A DNA stretch of 64,000 bases, taken from NCBI GenBank assembly GCA_965246715.1, contig CBDFFH010000014.1, positions 1 through 64,000 on the forward strand. The letters run 5' to 3'. Position numbers and translations under genes: made by a program. The DNA comes from Chamaesiphon sp. GTDB lineage: Bacteria; Cyanobacteriota; Cyanobacteriia; Cyanobacteriales; Chamaesiphonaceae. Under the pieces are notes generated by a model. It had not been told where the DNA came from and did not search any database. It was given only the letters and a program-made list of their open reading frames with translations. Below are positions 9,062 to 19,416 of this stretch, one piece after another (positions within the stretch are counted from its first letter, which is position 1; each line of letters begins with the position of its first letter).

Positions 9062-9868
9062 TTGGGTGGGTCAATGGGCGAAACACGAGATAGGTGCGTT
9101 TTCGCATCTGCTGAGTGCATTCAACAACTCAAGGAAGCTCAAGCACGTCAGCGCAATGCAGAGGGAAAGGTTTGGACGTTGACAGACTTAGCGATCGAGT
9201 CTGAGAAGTTCTATGGGCGACAACAGGCGAAATTGGAGGTAAAGAATCGGCTTGGGGCGATCGCGTCTCAGAGTGTCAATATCGTTGGTTTGCGGCGGAT
9301 TGGGAAAACTTCGCTATTGCGCTATATTCGCTCGAATCCGACGGAATTTATTCAACCAAAACGACAGCCGTTAATTGTCAGCTTGGATTTACAAAGCAAT
9401 CCTGTCTCCACACCAGCAGGGATTGTGGAAGGATTGAGGCGAGGAATTATGCGCCAGCAGGGGAAGGAACCGTGGAAACAGGATGAGAATGAGAATGATT
9501 GGGCGGTACAGGATGGGCTGGAAGCTCTGCGCGATCGCGGGGTGCGGTTGATTGTGATGTTGGATGAGTTTGAGGCGATTGGGCGAAGCCCACACTCCGT
9601 GAACGCGTCGCGGTTGGCGCAGTTTCAGGGCTGGGGCGAGGATTGGCGATCGAAGGCTTCGACGCAGGGCTTGTTTTCGCTGGTGGTGGCGAGTAAGCGT
9701 CCGATTAGTGAGATGTACCAAGGTTTGGGTTTGACTTCGCCGTTTGGCAATATTTTCAGTACGACGTTCTTGGGCGGATTGGAACGGGAGGCTTGGGAAA
9801 TGTTGGTGCGGGAGGGTTTTGCTGGGTCGAAGGTTAGTGCGGAAATGTTGGCAGTAATCGACACATAA
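9062..9868 (+). pseudogene. truncated P-loop (STAND/AAA-like) ATPase
   Basis: FYGR, GLRRIGKTS Walker A, IVMLDEFE Walker B, SPFGNIF; ends abruptly. Confidence 0.65.
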
Positions 9869-10043
9869 AATTATTTCAAATTATTCCATATCATACCCAT
9901 CTCAAAATCATCGCGACACATATTATTTATCATTTCAGTGAAACTATTGCATGCTACATCCATCTTGAAGTTTTTTTTAGATACATCATCCATATGGAAG
10001 CGAAAAACAGGAGAAGTAGCTTGCTGTGTCTCACTTCCAGTAA

Positions 10044-11554
10044 CAGGTTAAACGCATCAAAACTTGATATGAGGCGATCGAATTCAATAATACATACAAC
10101 TTAAGCAGTATTTATGAACTAAATACATTTACGACGAATTCAATTAGAACTGATGTATAGTATAAGGCAATATTTATTTAATTTAATGCAATATAAAGTA
10201 GTCGATCGAAGGAATAACTTAAATCGTCGATATATTATAGAAGTAATTTGATTTCAACCAATAGTTCGTAAATTATAAAATACCTTCTAAAATTTCAGCC
10301 AAGTATTTGTCATCTATACCTGCTAGAAATCTCTTGCTTTTCACACTTAATTTCCGACTTTTATTTTGACTAATTAAGTTAATAGCTATGTGCCGTAATA
10401 CTGCAAAATTAGCTGGCGCATTATCTTTCCTAATTCGACTATAATCTTCTCTTAAAGAAACATCAAGTACCCAATGAAGTGAATTTTCTATCCCCCAATG
10501 ACCTCTAATTGCTCCGGCGACTCTCTTGGCATTATTAGCTAAACTACTAATAAAATAACGAGTCTCTATGGTGGTTTTATCCCCAATAGTTCTTACTGAT
10601 TCAACCATCGCAATACTAGTCAATTTCATCCAGTTATGGGATGAATCTATTCGATCGGCAACATCTGATATCATTAAATAATTACGGATTTCTTCCCTAC
10701 CCCCATTAATCTCCTTAGTCCTGAAATCACTCAGATTGAAACCTGCGCCACCAGTTGCAATAGCCTGTTTAAATAGCCTTTCTACTTGGTCGTATAAACT
10801 TGGTTGATTCTTTTTCACAGCAATTACATAATCTGCATCTTTTTCAACAATTTTTTTTACTATTTCTCTTTGACATCCCATTGCATCAATGGTAACTATA
10901 CATCCGGCTAAATCTAGAACTTTAATTAATTCAGGAAGTGCTGTGATTTCATTAGATTTGCCCTCAACCATTTTCTGTCCTAATACTAATCTATTAGTTA
11001 CAGCCCATGCACTAACAGTATTTAGTACACCTTGTCCATTAGTATTATCTCCTGAATTTCGAGATTGTTTGCCGTCAAGTGCAATTATTTCTCCTGCTGT
11101 TATTTTAGATATTCCTTTAACCCAACTCAGGAAACTTTTTTGAAATTCTTCAGGATTAATTCGTGAAAATACCCTTCCAAATGTATCATGTGATGGAATA
11201 CCATGCGGCAACTCTAAAAATTTACCTAGCCATTCCTTCTTCGCCAAACCATAAATTTCTATATCTATCCATGTATCAGCTCCAGATACTACAGCACAAA
11301 TGGTAATGGTGATGATATTAATTAATTTATGCTTTTTCCCGCGCTCTGTCCTGTAGTCTTCTACACTCTCGAAGTGTTCTATAATACTATATTTTGGCTT
11401 CAGCTTCATTTTAGTTAAATTAAATTTGTTAAATTCTAACATAGTTAATTAGCTCTAACTATTACCTAGCAGTAATTACAAGATTTCTAGATGCTATTTA
11501 TTCATTCGATCGTCAAAGTTTTTAGTAATAACAAATTTAAGTGCGTTTAACCTG
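10044..11554 (-). mobile_element. ISAs1-family insertion sequence (1511 bp)
   Basis: TIR CAGGTTAAACGCA at both ends; 10-bp TSD CTTCCAGTAA at 10034-10043 and 11555-11564. Confidence 0.95.
10273..11442 (-). CDS. ISAs1-family DDE transposase
   Basis: GIPSHDTF, IALDGK, KSNEITA, TIDAMGCQ, HWGIENSLHWVLDV. Confidence 0.95.
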   Translation of the reverse strand: MLEFNKFNLTKMKLKPKYSIIEHFESVEDYRTERGKKHKLINIITITICAVVSGADTWIDIEIYGLAKKEWLGKFLELPHGIPSHDTFGRVFSRINPEEFQKSFLSWVKGISKITAGEIIALDGKQSRNSGDNTNGQGVLNTVSAWAVTNRLVLGQKMVEGKSNEITALPELIKVLDLAGCIVTIDAMGCQREIVKKIVEKDADYVIAVKKNQPSLYDQVERLFKQAIATGGAGFNLSDFRTKEINGGREEIRNYLMISDVADRIDSSHNWMKLTSIAMVESVRTIGDKTTIETRYFISSLANNAKRVAGAIRGHWGIENSLHWVLDVSLREDYSRIRKDNAPANFAVLRHIAINLISQNKSRKLSVKSKRFLAGIDDKYLAEILEGIL

Positions 11555-12243
11555 CTTCCAGTAATCGACCAAAGCCATCTCTCAAAAGACATCAACGGCA
11601 ATATTTTTGGATCTAATTCATCATCTGTATAATGATGACGATGTAATTCATCATAAAATGATATTGATTCTTCTAGTGGACTCCATGAAAGATCGGAGGT
11701 GCCAGGAAGTCTTGTGTAATTATAGTAGCAGCTCCAATCTTTATCCCCTAATCCAATTGGGACAAATCCATTCCCGCGCTGATATAACTTGTGAAATTCA
11801 ACGGGGAGTTGATAGGGATAATCTGAAAGAATTACGTTTATTTCATCAACACTCAATCTAGGTGGGTGTAATTGTCCCTTTGCATATAGTTTTTGATTGA
11901 GTTCATTAATACGTTCTAAAGAAAGTCCTGTTCTTTCTTCCTCTGGTGTCAGCAAATTATCTCCATATTTTCCACAGTAGCCAAAAAGTACATTGTTTCG
12001 AGGATTTTTCTCTGCGGCGATCGCAATTCGATTGATTACATCATTCATTGACATGGAAGATACTTGGAAGATACTTGAATTCGTGAGGTCTTCTTATTTT
12101 TACAGAGTTCTATAGGGTTATCAATATCGACGAGCAAAAGCCTACCATCTTACTGCTCTGGAGATCTCTTGGTGTAGCTTAACAAAGGCTATCGCTAATC
12201 TGATGACAACTCGATCGCGTAGCCTGTCATCCGAGAATCTTTG

Positions 12244-12669
12244 TTAATCCGGTGGATGATAGCCCATAATTGCCAGGACTCGACGCATATTAACCACACC
12301 ATCGCGATTAATTTGTAGCAGCACGATCGTTGCACGACCAACTGGGGTAATCCCGATCGATTGAGTTACATCTTCATTCCAAGTAAAATGCTTTTCCCAT
12401 AACATTTCGCGGGGATGAAATAAAGACACAGATTGATTCGTAACTGGATCGAGGGCTTCAGTTTTTGTGTATTTATAGTTGTTGCAAGTTTGGCAAGAGA
12501 GGGCGAGATTTTCGGCAATGGTTTTACCACCACGGCTTACTGGTTGGATGTGGTCGATGACTAGCGGATCGATGGCAAACCTGGCTTGAGAGCGACAATA
12601 TTCACATAGTCCATTTGCTCGATCGAATACGAGTTGCTTTAGAGCAACGGGGACATATTCGCTAGACAT
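12244..12669 (-). CDS. HNH endonuclease (probable toxin of a two-gene module)
   Basis: CEYC, IDHIQPVSRGG, NLALSCQTCN, LFHPR. Confidence 0.85.
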   Translation of the reverse strand: MSSEYVPVALKQLVFDRANGLCEYCRSQARFAIDPLVIDHIQPVSRGGKTIAENLALSCQTCNNYKYTKTEALDPVTNQSVSLFHPREMLWEKHFTWNEDVTQSIGITPVGRATIVLLQINRDGVVNMRRVLAIMGYHPPD

Positions 12670-13036
12670 AGCTCACAGGCTGGATACCGAGGGTCTTCAT
12701 CAGATCTAAGAGAGAGATTTGACGGAGTTGGGCGAGATGAGCGAGAGCTTCGAGACGTTGGGCACCGATTTGTTCGATTTGAGTGCTGAGTTGGATCAGT
12801 CGATCGTGTTCGGAGTCAGTAAGGGTTTCCGCATCTCGCTTTTGAAGCAGGATTTGATACTGGGCAAGGAGATCGGCAGGAATGCCTTGATTGATTTTCA
12901 GTAAAAGTTGGGCTTCATTTTCTGGAAGTACTGGAGTTTTGCGGCGGGCACGAAGATACACGACTTGGTGGAGCAAAGAATCAAGGTCGGTTGCATCAAG
13001 TCGATCTGCTGCCTTAATAAGTTCGTCGAGGCTCAT
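12662..13036 (-). CDS. small helical protein upstream of HNH (putative antitoxin)
   Basis: EAQLLLKINQGIP...RLEALAHLAQLRQ; 8-nt overlap with the HNH gene. Confidence 0.65.
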   Translation of the reverse strand: MSLDELIKAADRLDATDLDSLLHQVVYLRARRKTPVLPENEAQLLLKINQGIPADLLAQYQILLQKRDAETLTDSEHDRLIQLSTQIEQIGAQRLEALAHLAQLRQISLLDLMKTLGIQPVSYV

Positions 13037-13133
13037 AGATAGCTAGGACTGATAAGGTTATTAGTTTGATTGTATCGTAAGAAAACATCCCTACCCCACC
13101 CTCGAAAATTGGCTCGATCTTGCCCTGCCCCAA

Positions 13134-13439
13134 ATGGGCGATCGCCGTCTCCCGATCGACCTCGACGAATTTGAAAAAATCGGCAGTGCGATTAAAGACA
13201 ACGGGATCGGTGAACGCCTATTTGACCAACTTCGCAGCATGATTCAACATTCCGATCGATTGGGATTTCTCTTCTCTGGTGTCCAAACCCTCGAAGAACT
13301 CGGCCCCCGCTGGAGTAACTACTTCATCAGCGTCGTCCCGATGGAAATGCACTACCTCCAACCCCACGAAGCCGAAGATCTCGATAAGATTGAAATTCCA
13401 TTATTTGAACAGTGGGTGAGGGAACGTGCGATTCTCTAA
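13134..13439 (+). pseudogene. ATPase fragment (Walker B region only)
   Basis: IDLDEFEKI...LRSMIQH...FLFSGVQ; no Walker A; stop supplied by the 24-nt insertion. Confidence 0.55.
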
Positions 13440-13456
13440 ACGAGAGGCTACGCCAA
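13433..13456 (+). repeat. 24-nt small dispersed repeat in CGAT^CG
   Basis: GCGAT|TCTCTAAACGAGAGGCTACGCCAA|CG. Confidence 0.8.
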
Positions 13457-13496
13457 CGAAACTTAGAGGATATTTGATCCGTTCTAGTACCGCCAA

Positions 13497-13624
13497 CGAT
13501 TGAAATCGTGGCTAGTATTGCAAAGTCCGGTTGTTGCCGCGAGCGGCAAAAGCCAGCCTTCGCGGACTAGTTAATCAGTCCGCGAAGGCGGACTTTGTAT
13601 CATGAGCAGAGACTTCAGTCTCTA
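13497..13624. repeat. REP doublet with a 27-nt hairpin insertion at 13529-13555
   Basis: AAAGTCC|GGTTGTTGCCGCGAGCGGCAAAAGCCA|GCCTTCGCGGACT...AGTCCGCGAAGGCGGACTTTG. Confidence 0.8.
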
Positions 13625-13703
13625 GGCTCGATCGGTATATCTAAGATGATAGCGATCGGCGTAAAATAGAAGAATATGTCGCTCCATCAGAAGAGATCCA
13701 ACG

Positions 13704-13835
13704 ATGAACGAACAAAGATCGACATTTCAAACCGCGATCGCTGTTGTTGAAGCTTTGCCAGTCGAAGAACAAACCATGCTGGTTGAGATGATCGATAATC
13801 GACATTTTAATCGAAAGGCGATAGTAATTTTGTGA
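13704..13835 (+). pseudogene. antitoxin-like gene remnant
   Basis: MNEQRSTFQTAIAVVEALPVEEQTMLVEMI resembles N-termini of small cyanobacterial antitoxin-like proteins. Confidence 0.4.
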
Positions 13836-13940
13836 CTGGGATTTCTACGGCAGGAAGGGGCGAAAGATGATGGTTATCGAGTGTTTATTAGAACGATCGA
13901 GCGGGGAATTTTTTAGACAGTTCGATCGATTTATTTATCA

Positions 13941-15704
13941 ATGCGAGCGATGAATGAACTATGGGGATATTTAATTGTTGAAGAACTAGTCAGAAATGGT
14001 GTTGATTATTTTGTGATTTCTCCCGGTTCGCGATCGACACCACTAACTGTATCGGTGGCTCGACATCCACGAGCTAAAAATATTATTTGTCTCGACGAGC
14101 GCGGTGCGGCATTTCATGCGATCGGTTACGCTCGCGCTACAGGCAAACCAGCCGTGTTAATTTGTACATCTGGTTCGGCGGCGGCGAATTATTTCCCCGC
14201 TGTTATCGAAGCGGCGACGGATAATGTCCCGATGATAATATTATCAGCCGATCGACCGCCGGAATTGCGCCAGACAGGGGCAAATCAAACGATTCATCAG
14301 GTAAATTTGTATGGTGATTATCCGAAGTGGCAATTCGATTTACCTTGCCCTACTACCGAAATAGAACCCAAAGTGGTGCTGACGACGATCGATCTGGCTG
14401 TATCTCGATCGCAACAATCTCCAGGCGGTGTGGTACATCTTAATTGTATGTTTCGCGAACCATTGGTACCCGCTGATGCACCTGTAGATATTCCAGAAAG
14501 TTTGGTGCCGTGGCAAAAAAGTCAAGCTCCATCTACTCATTATGCTTGTAAATTAACTATTCCCGCCGCGCTCGAAATCCAATCTTTAATTAAAACAATT
14601 CAGTATCCTAGCAAAGGTGTATTAGTAGTCGGCCAATTAAAATCCACGGCAGAAATTGAAGCTGTCTCTCGATTGGCGGCAAAGTTAAATTGGGCGGTAT
14701 TTGCAGATATTCAATCGGGGCTGCGGTTGAGTGATGATTTGCCTAATTTAGTACATTATTTCGATCTATTATTACTGACCGATCGAGCCGAACTGCTTAC
14801 GGAAATCGATACTGTAATTCAACTAGGTACGAGAATCGTTTCCACACGGTGGCTAAAATGGTTAGAAAAATATCCACCGACAAATTATATCGCGATCGTT
14901 AATGATGCCGAGCGTCACGATCCCAGTCATCTAGTTTCGCTGCGGTTGGAGTCAGATATTGTGGCAATCTGCGATTCTCTTGTAGAGAGGCTCCGCCAAC
15001 GATTAGCTCGAGAGTTATCCCCATCACCTCCATCGCAGTGGGTCCAAAATTTGCGATCGGCTTCAGATACCATCGGGGTTTCAGTCGATAAATTTTTAAA
15101 AACCACCAAATTAACCGAACCATCGATCGCGAGAACTATTTCCCAACTGGTTCCCAGTCAACAGGGCTTATGGGTGGCAAATAGTATGCCAATTCGCGAT
15201 TTAGATCTGTATGGCGGGACAGATGGTGTGGGCACGCGGATCGGTACAAATCGGGGCACGAGTGGGATTGAAGGTGCGATCGCGGCGGCGACAGGGTTTG
15301 CGGTGGGTTTAGAGGCTCCCGTGACGACGCTCGTCGGCGATTTATCTAGCTTACACGACCTCAATTCGCTAGACTTATTACGGCGTAACTCGCAGCCAGT
15401 AATCGCGATTATTATCAATAACGATGGTGGGGGAATTTTTTCCTTTCTACCGATATCGAAATCGACACAGGTTTTCGATACTTATTTTGGGACACCGCAC
15501 GGATTAGATTTTTCCCATGCGGCGGCAATGTTTGGGATCGATTATTATCATCCGATCGATCGAGATGAATTTATCCACATCTATACTCAAGCCCTGAAAA
15601 ATCACCGCAGTGCGATAATAGAAGTGACAACAGATCGAGCTGAAAATTGGCAATTCCATCAAGATCTTCAGGTATATATTCAACAACAATTACAATCGGA
15701 CTGA
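13941..15704 (+). CDS. menD: SEPHCHC synthase MenD
   Basis: SPGSRSTPL, DERGAAF, CTSGSAAAN, GANQTI, NSMPIRD, NRGTSGIEG, NNDGGGIF. Confidence 0.95.
   Translation: MRAMNELWGYLIVEELVRNGVDYFVISPGSRSTPLTVSVARHPRAKNIICLDERGAAFHAIGYARATGKPAVLICTSGSAAANYFPAVIEAATDNVPMIILSADRPPELRQTGANQTIHQVNLYGDYPKWQFDLPCPTTEIEPKVVLTTIDLAVSRSQQSPGGVVHLNCMFREPLVPADAPVDIPESLVPWQKSQAPSTHYACKLTIPAALEIQSLIKTIQYPSKGVLVVGQLKSTAEIEAVSRLAAKLNWAVFADIQSGLRLSDDLPNLVHYFDLLLLTDRAELLTEIDTVIQLGTRIVSTRWLKWLEKYPPTNYIAIVNDAERHDPSHLVSLRLESDIVAICDSLVERLRQRLARELSPSPPSQWVQNLRSASDTIGVSVDKFLKTTKLTEPSIARTISQLVPSQQGLWVANSMPIRDLDLYGGTDGVGTRIGTNRGTSGIEGAIAAATGFAVGLEAPVTTLVGDLSSLHDLNSLDLLRRNSQPVIAIIINNDGGGIFSFLPISKSTQVFDTYFGTPHGLDFSHAAAMFGIDYYHPIDRDEFIHIYTQALKNHRSAIIEVTTDRAENWQFHQDLQVYIQQQLQSD
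14976..14999 (+). repeat. 24-nt small dispersed repeat inserted in frame in menD (encodes SLVERLRQ)
   Basis: TGC GAT|TCT CTT GTA GAG AGG CTC CGC CAA|CGA TTA. Confidence 0.8.
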
Positions 15705-15955
15705 ATTTAAATCCAGGTTACAAGCGATCGGTGAGATTTACTAAAAATCTCCACATCTAATCTAGCTCGATCTCGATCGGATTTTAGGAGTAGAAATCTC
15801 CAATTTAGCCTTCGATTTAGCAAGGTATCCAGCTTGGATGTCCCAGGTTTCGCCAGCACGAATAATGAATTATCGCGATCGATAAAATCCCCCGCAATCT
15901 ACGGTATCTATAATGAGAACAGTAGATTTTGCCCAAACCGTCCGAGATACCGTTC

Positions 15956-17569
15956 ATGCTCCGCCTTACCGAAATCAAACTCCCACTCGATTGCACCCCA
16001 GCAGATCTCCAGTCCGCGATCCTCAAAAAACTCGCGATCGCACCAGCCGATCTCACCAGCTATACTGTCTACCGACGTAGCTATGATGCGCGCAAGCGCG
16101 GTGCGATTTGCTTTGTGTATACCGTAGATCTCGAAACGCCAAAACAGAAGGAGCTACTCAAACGTTTTAGGCAAGACACGCATGTATTTCCCACTCCCGA
16201 TAATAGCTATCATTACGTTGCTCGTGCCGCAGCTGAAGTAGCGATGCGACCAATCGTCATCGGTTGTGGCCCTTGTGGGATGTTTGCAGGGCTGCTATTA
16301 GCACAAATGGGTTTTCGTCCGATAATTTTAGAGCGGGGGAAGGCGGTACACGATCGATCTGTCGATACATTCGGGTTCTGGAGTAAGGCAAAATTTAATC
16401 CCGAATCCAACGCGCAATTTGGGGAAGGCGGCGCGGGGACTTTTTCTGATGGTAAACTTTATAGTCGGATCAAGGATGCAGATCGACGCGGACGGAAAAT
16501 CCTCACCGAACTCGTTAATGCTGGCGCAGCTGAAGAAATTCTCTACATTAATAAACCGCATATCGGCACTTATCGACTAGTCAAAATTGTCGAGAATATC
16601 CGCCACACGATCGAGTCTCTTGGTGGTGAAATTCGCTTTCAAAGCCGCGTGGAACAACTAAACATCGAAAATGGGCAAGTGCGTGGTGTTACCCTCGCCA
16701 GCGGCGAATACATCGCCAGCGAACACGTCATTCTCGCTGTCGGACATAGCGCCCGCGACACCTTTGAAATGCTACATCGATCGGGTGTATATATCGAACC
16801 CAAACCATTTTCGATCGGCTTTCGGATCGAGCACCCCCAATCACAGATCGATGAATGTCGGTTGGGCAGTCAAGCTGGGCATCCGATGCTAGGTGCGGCT
16901 GATTATAGCCTCGTCCATCACTGTGCCAACGGTCGATCGGTGTATAGCTTCTGCATGTGTCCTGGCGGGCAAGTCGTTGCTGCAACATCCGAAGTCGGGC
17001 GGGTAGTGACGAATGGCATGAGCCAATACGAGCGCAGCGGCAAAAATGCCAATAGCGGCATCGTCGTCGGGATTACGCCCGCCGATTATCCTGGTAGTCC
17101 GATCGCGGGAATTGAGTTTCAGCGGCGGTTTGAGGAGCGGGCATTTGAATTAGGCGGTGGCACTTACAAAGCTCCAGGGCAGTTGGTAGGTGACTTCTTG
17201 ACTGGTACAGCCTCTAGCCAATTGGGATCTGTCAAGCCGTCATATAAACCTGGCGTACATTTGTGCGATTTGAGTTCGAGTTTACCGGATTACGCGATCG
17301 AGGCTATTCGCGAAGCGATTCCAGCATTTGATAAGCAAATTAAGGGTTTTGCGATGCACGATGCCGTGCTGACGGGAGTGGAAACCCGCACGTCGTCGCC
17401 GATTTGTATCAAGCGTGGGCATGACTGTCAGAGTCTCAACACCAAGGGACTCTATCCCGCAGGTGAAGGGGCGGGCTATGCTGGCGGTATCCTCTCGGCG
17501 GGGGTAGATGGCCTTAAAGTTGCTGAAGCAGTTGCGATGAGTATGACTGGTGCAGCTGTGAAATCTTAA
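15956..17569 (+). CDS. NAD(P)/FAD-dependent oxidoreductase (uncharacterised FAD dehydrogenase family)
   Basis: GCGPCG, FGEGGAGTFSDGKL, FCMCPGG, GEGAGYAGGI; ATG at 15956. Confidence 0.9.
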   Translation: MLRLTEIKLPLDCTPADLQSAILKKLAIAPADLTSYTVYRRSYDARKRGAICFVYTVDLETPKQKELLKRFRQDTHVFPTPDNSYHYVARAAAEVAMRPIVIGCGPCGMFAGLLLAQMGFRPIILERGKAVHDRSVDTFGFWSKAKFNPESNAQFGEGGAGTFSDGKLYSRIKDADRRGRKILTELVNAGAAEEILYINKPHIGTYRLVKIVENIRHTIESLGGEIRFQSRVEQLNIENGQVRGVTLASGEYIASEHVILAVGHSARDTFEMLHRSGVYIEPKPFSIGFRIEHPQSQIDECRLGSQAGHPMLGAADYSLVHHCANGRSVYSFCMCPGGQVVAATSEVGRVVTNGMSQYERSGKNANSGIVVGITPADYPGSPIAGIEFQRRFEERAFELGGGTYKAPGQLVGDFLTGTASSQLGSVKPSYKPGVHLCDLSSSLPDYAIEAIREAIPAFDKQIKGFAMHDAVLTGVETRTSSPICIKRGHDCQSLNTKGLYPAGEGAGYAGGILSAGVDGLKVAEAVAMSMTGAAVKS

Positions 17570-17633
17570 ATGAGGATCGATTTCAAAACTCGATTTGAGC
17601 TGGTGGGCATTGTTTACCTATGTCACTGTCTGG

Positions 17634-18122
17634 CTAATGTAGGACGACCTGATTCATCCGTGCGCGGACATTAATTGCCGAACTACATTTGAGGCATGAC
17701 ATGCTATCATCTGTTCTCATCACCTCATTTTCATATCCGCAAGAAGGACATCGTAAAGTACCATCTTTCTTCAAAATACCACTAGCTGATTTGTCAAGCT
17801 TCAATATTTTACGAATTCCTGAATGTAAGCTGCCTCGCTCTTCTAATACCTCATTAGAGTTAAAAGCAAAAGTTTCAACTGTTTTTATGTCTCGGTTTAT
17901 GTAACAAAGTATTGCTTGCCCATTTTCATCGGTTGGAATATTTATTTCTAAATCTCCGTGTTTGAGCGAATATGACAGATTCAGGCATAGATGTGGATCT
18001 GAAAATGATTTATGTTCGATTTCTTGAAGTTTAATCCGAATTGGATCTTCCCGATCGCTCATTAAGGCGATGTCTTCAATCTTGGCCAAGATATGGACTA
18101 TTTCTGCTAAATTAAACGACAT
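17634..18122 (-). CDS. hypothetical protein with C-terminal zinc ribbon
   Basis: CPSC...CLKC. Confidence 0.6.
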   Translation of the reverse strand: MSFNLAEIVHILAKIEDIALMSDREDPIRIKLQEIEHKSFSDPHLCLNLSYSLKHGDLEINIPTDENGQAILCYINRDIKTVETFAFNSNEVLEERGSLHSGIRKILKLDKSASGILKKDGTLRCPSCGYENEVMRTDDSMSCLKCSSAINVRARMNQVVLH

Positions 18123-18461
18123 AATACTGACTCGATCGGGATATTGTTATAACCTCAGAATACCCAAATTAATTTTATAGTTGCATACCCACTTGGATTT
18201 TGATGACAGGATCGATTTAAGCACATCCCACTAGTTGATTAAATACATCATCGACTAGGGGATTGGCATTGAGACGCAGATCTCCGATGATGCGATCGAT
18301 AAAATTATCTACGACTGAAGCGATCGCCGATACTCTAACAACCGTTCGTGTATGATATTTGTATTACACTCAGGTTCCGCCTATTTGTAGAATATGGCAG
18401 TAACGCATCGATCGTAAACTTAAGCGCGTGTGCAGTAATAGCGAACATGTCACGCGGCGAC

Positions 18462-18557
18462 TCAACCACCAGCGGCAAAAGTCAGCATGATTGCTACGGA
18501 TAAAACTAAACCCGGACAGAGCAGTAATACTAATGTGAGTAAATCTTGAGTAGGCAC
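18462..18557 (-). CDS. putative 31-aa single-membrane-span protein (not in ORF track)
   Basis: GTG start; MPTQDLLTLVLLLCPGLVLSVAIMLTFAAGG*; TATACT-like -10 upstream. Confidence 0.55.
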   Translation of the reverse strand: MPTQDLLTLVLLLCPGLVLSVAIMLTFAAGG

Positions 18558-18767
18558 GGCAATCTTTGACTAAAGTATAATTAGGATAGCTTGTTACTCC
18601 CTGCCTCGATCTTAATTGCGATCGCTAGTCCCAGACCAGAAGCACATGATTTCTTAATCTATAGCTCGATCGATCTTTGATGTTACTACAACCGATTGCT
18701 CGGAAACGGGAAGAATGAAGATTAGAGATCGAGCTAACCCGTGAATATCTATACTAAAACTAGCCCC

Positions 18768-19328
18768 ATGACTGGCGATCTGCAAATTCCCAAACGGTAC
18801 GTTACAATTAGCAAATACCTGTCCAAACACTTGCGCCACCAGCCAGAACGCTTGGGACTAGAACTCTTGCCGGGAGGATGGGTGAGTGTTGATGCACTCT
18901 TAGTAGCAGCAGCCCAAGATAGATTTGAGATTAGTCTGTCTGACTTACAACAAGTGGTTCTTACCAATGATAAACAGCGTTTTTCATTCGATCTTTCCGG
19001 ACAATTAATTCGAGCAAATCAAGGGCATTCTACCGAAGTAGATTTGCAACTTGAAGTCAAACAGCCGCCAGCGACTCTCTATCATGGGACTAATAGCACC
19101 GCAGTCACGATTATTTTGGTGGAAGGACTCAAAAAAATGTCCCGTCACCACGTTCATCTCAGCGCAGACTTAGAGACCGCCGAGCGAGTCGGAGCCAGAC
19201 GTGGCAAAAGCACCATATTTACAGTAGACACTACCTCAATGACAAATGATGGTTTTGAATTTTATCGATCGGATAATGGTGTATGGCTAGTGGATGCTGT
19301 CCCGCCACAATATCTGCAACTACTGTAA
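18768..19328 (+). CDS. kptA: RNA 2'-phosphotransferase KptA/Tpt1
   Basis: LRHQP, DKQRF, IRANQGHS, LYHGT, HVHLS, NGVWL. Confidence 0.93.
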   Translation: MTGDLQIPKRYVTISKYLSKHLRHQPERLGLELLPGGWVSVDALLVAAAQDRFEISLSDLQQVVLTNDKQRFSFDLSGQLIRANQGHSTEVDLQLEVKQPPATLYHGTNSTAVTIILVEGLKKMSRHHVHLSADLETAERVGARRGKSTIFTVDTTSMTNDGFEFYRSDNGVWLVDAVPPQYLQLL

Positions 19329-19416
19329 TAAAAATCTAACACTCGATCGAAGACGATCCGCACTGCTATCGTCGGAACGTTGGCGATCGCGGCAAATTTT
19401 AGGAACAAAAATTAAT

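Larger units (their letters stand above)
9871..12054 (-). pseudogene. SMI1/KNR4 (SUKH)-like protein interrupted by ISAs1 (5' part 12054-11555, 3' part 10033-9871)
   Basis: Removing the IS and one TSD restores a 220-aa frame ...WLWSITGS|ETQQATSPVFRF...NNLK*; YQLPVEFHKLYQRGNG motif. Confidence 0.75.
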
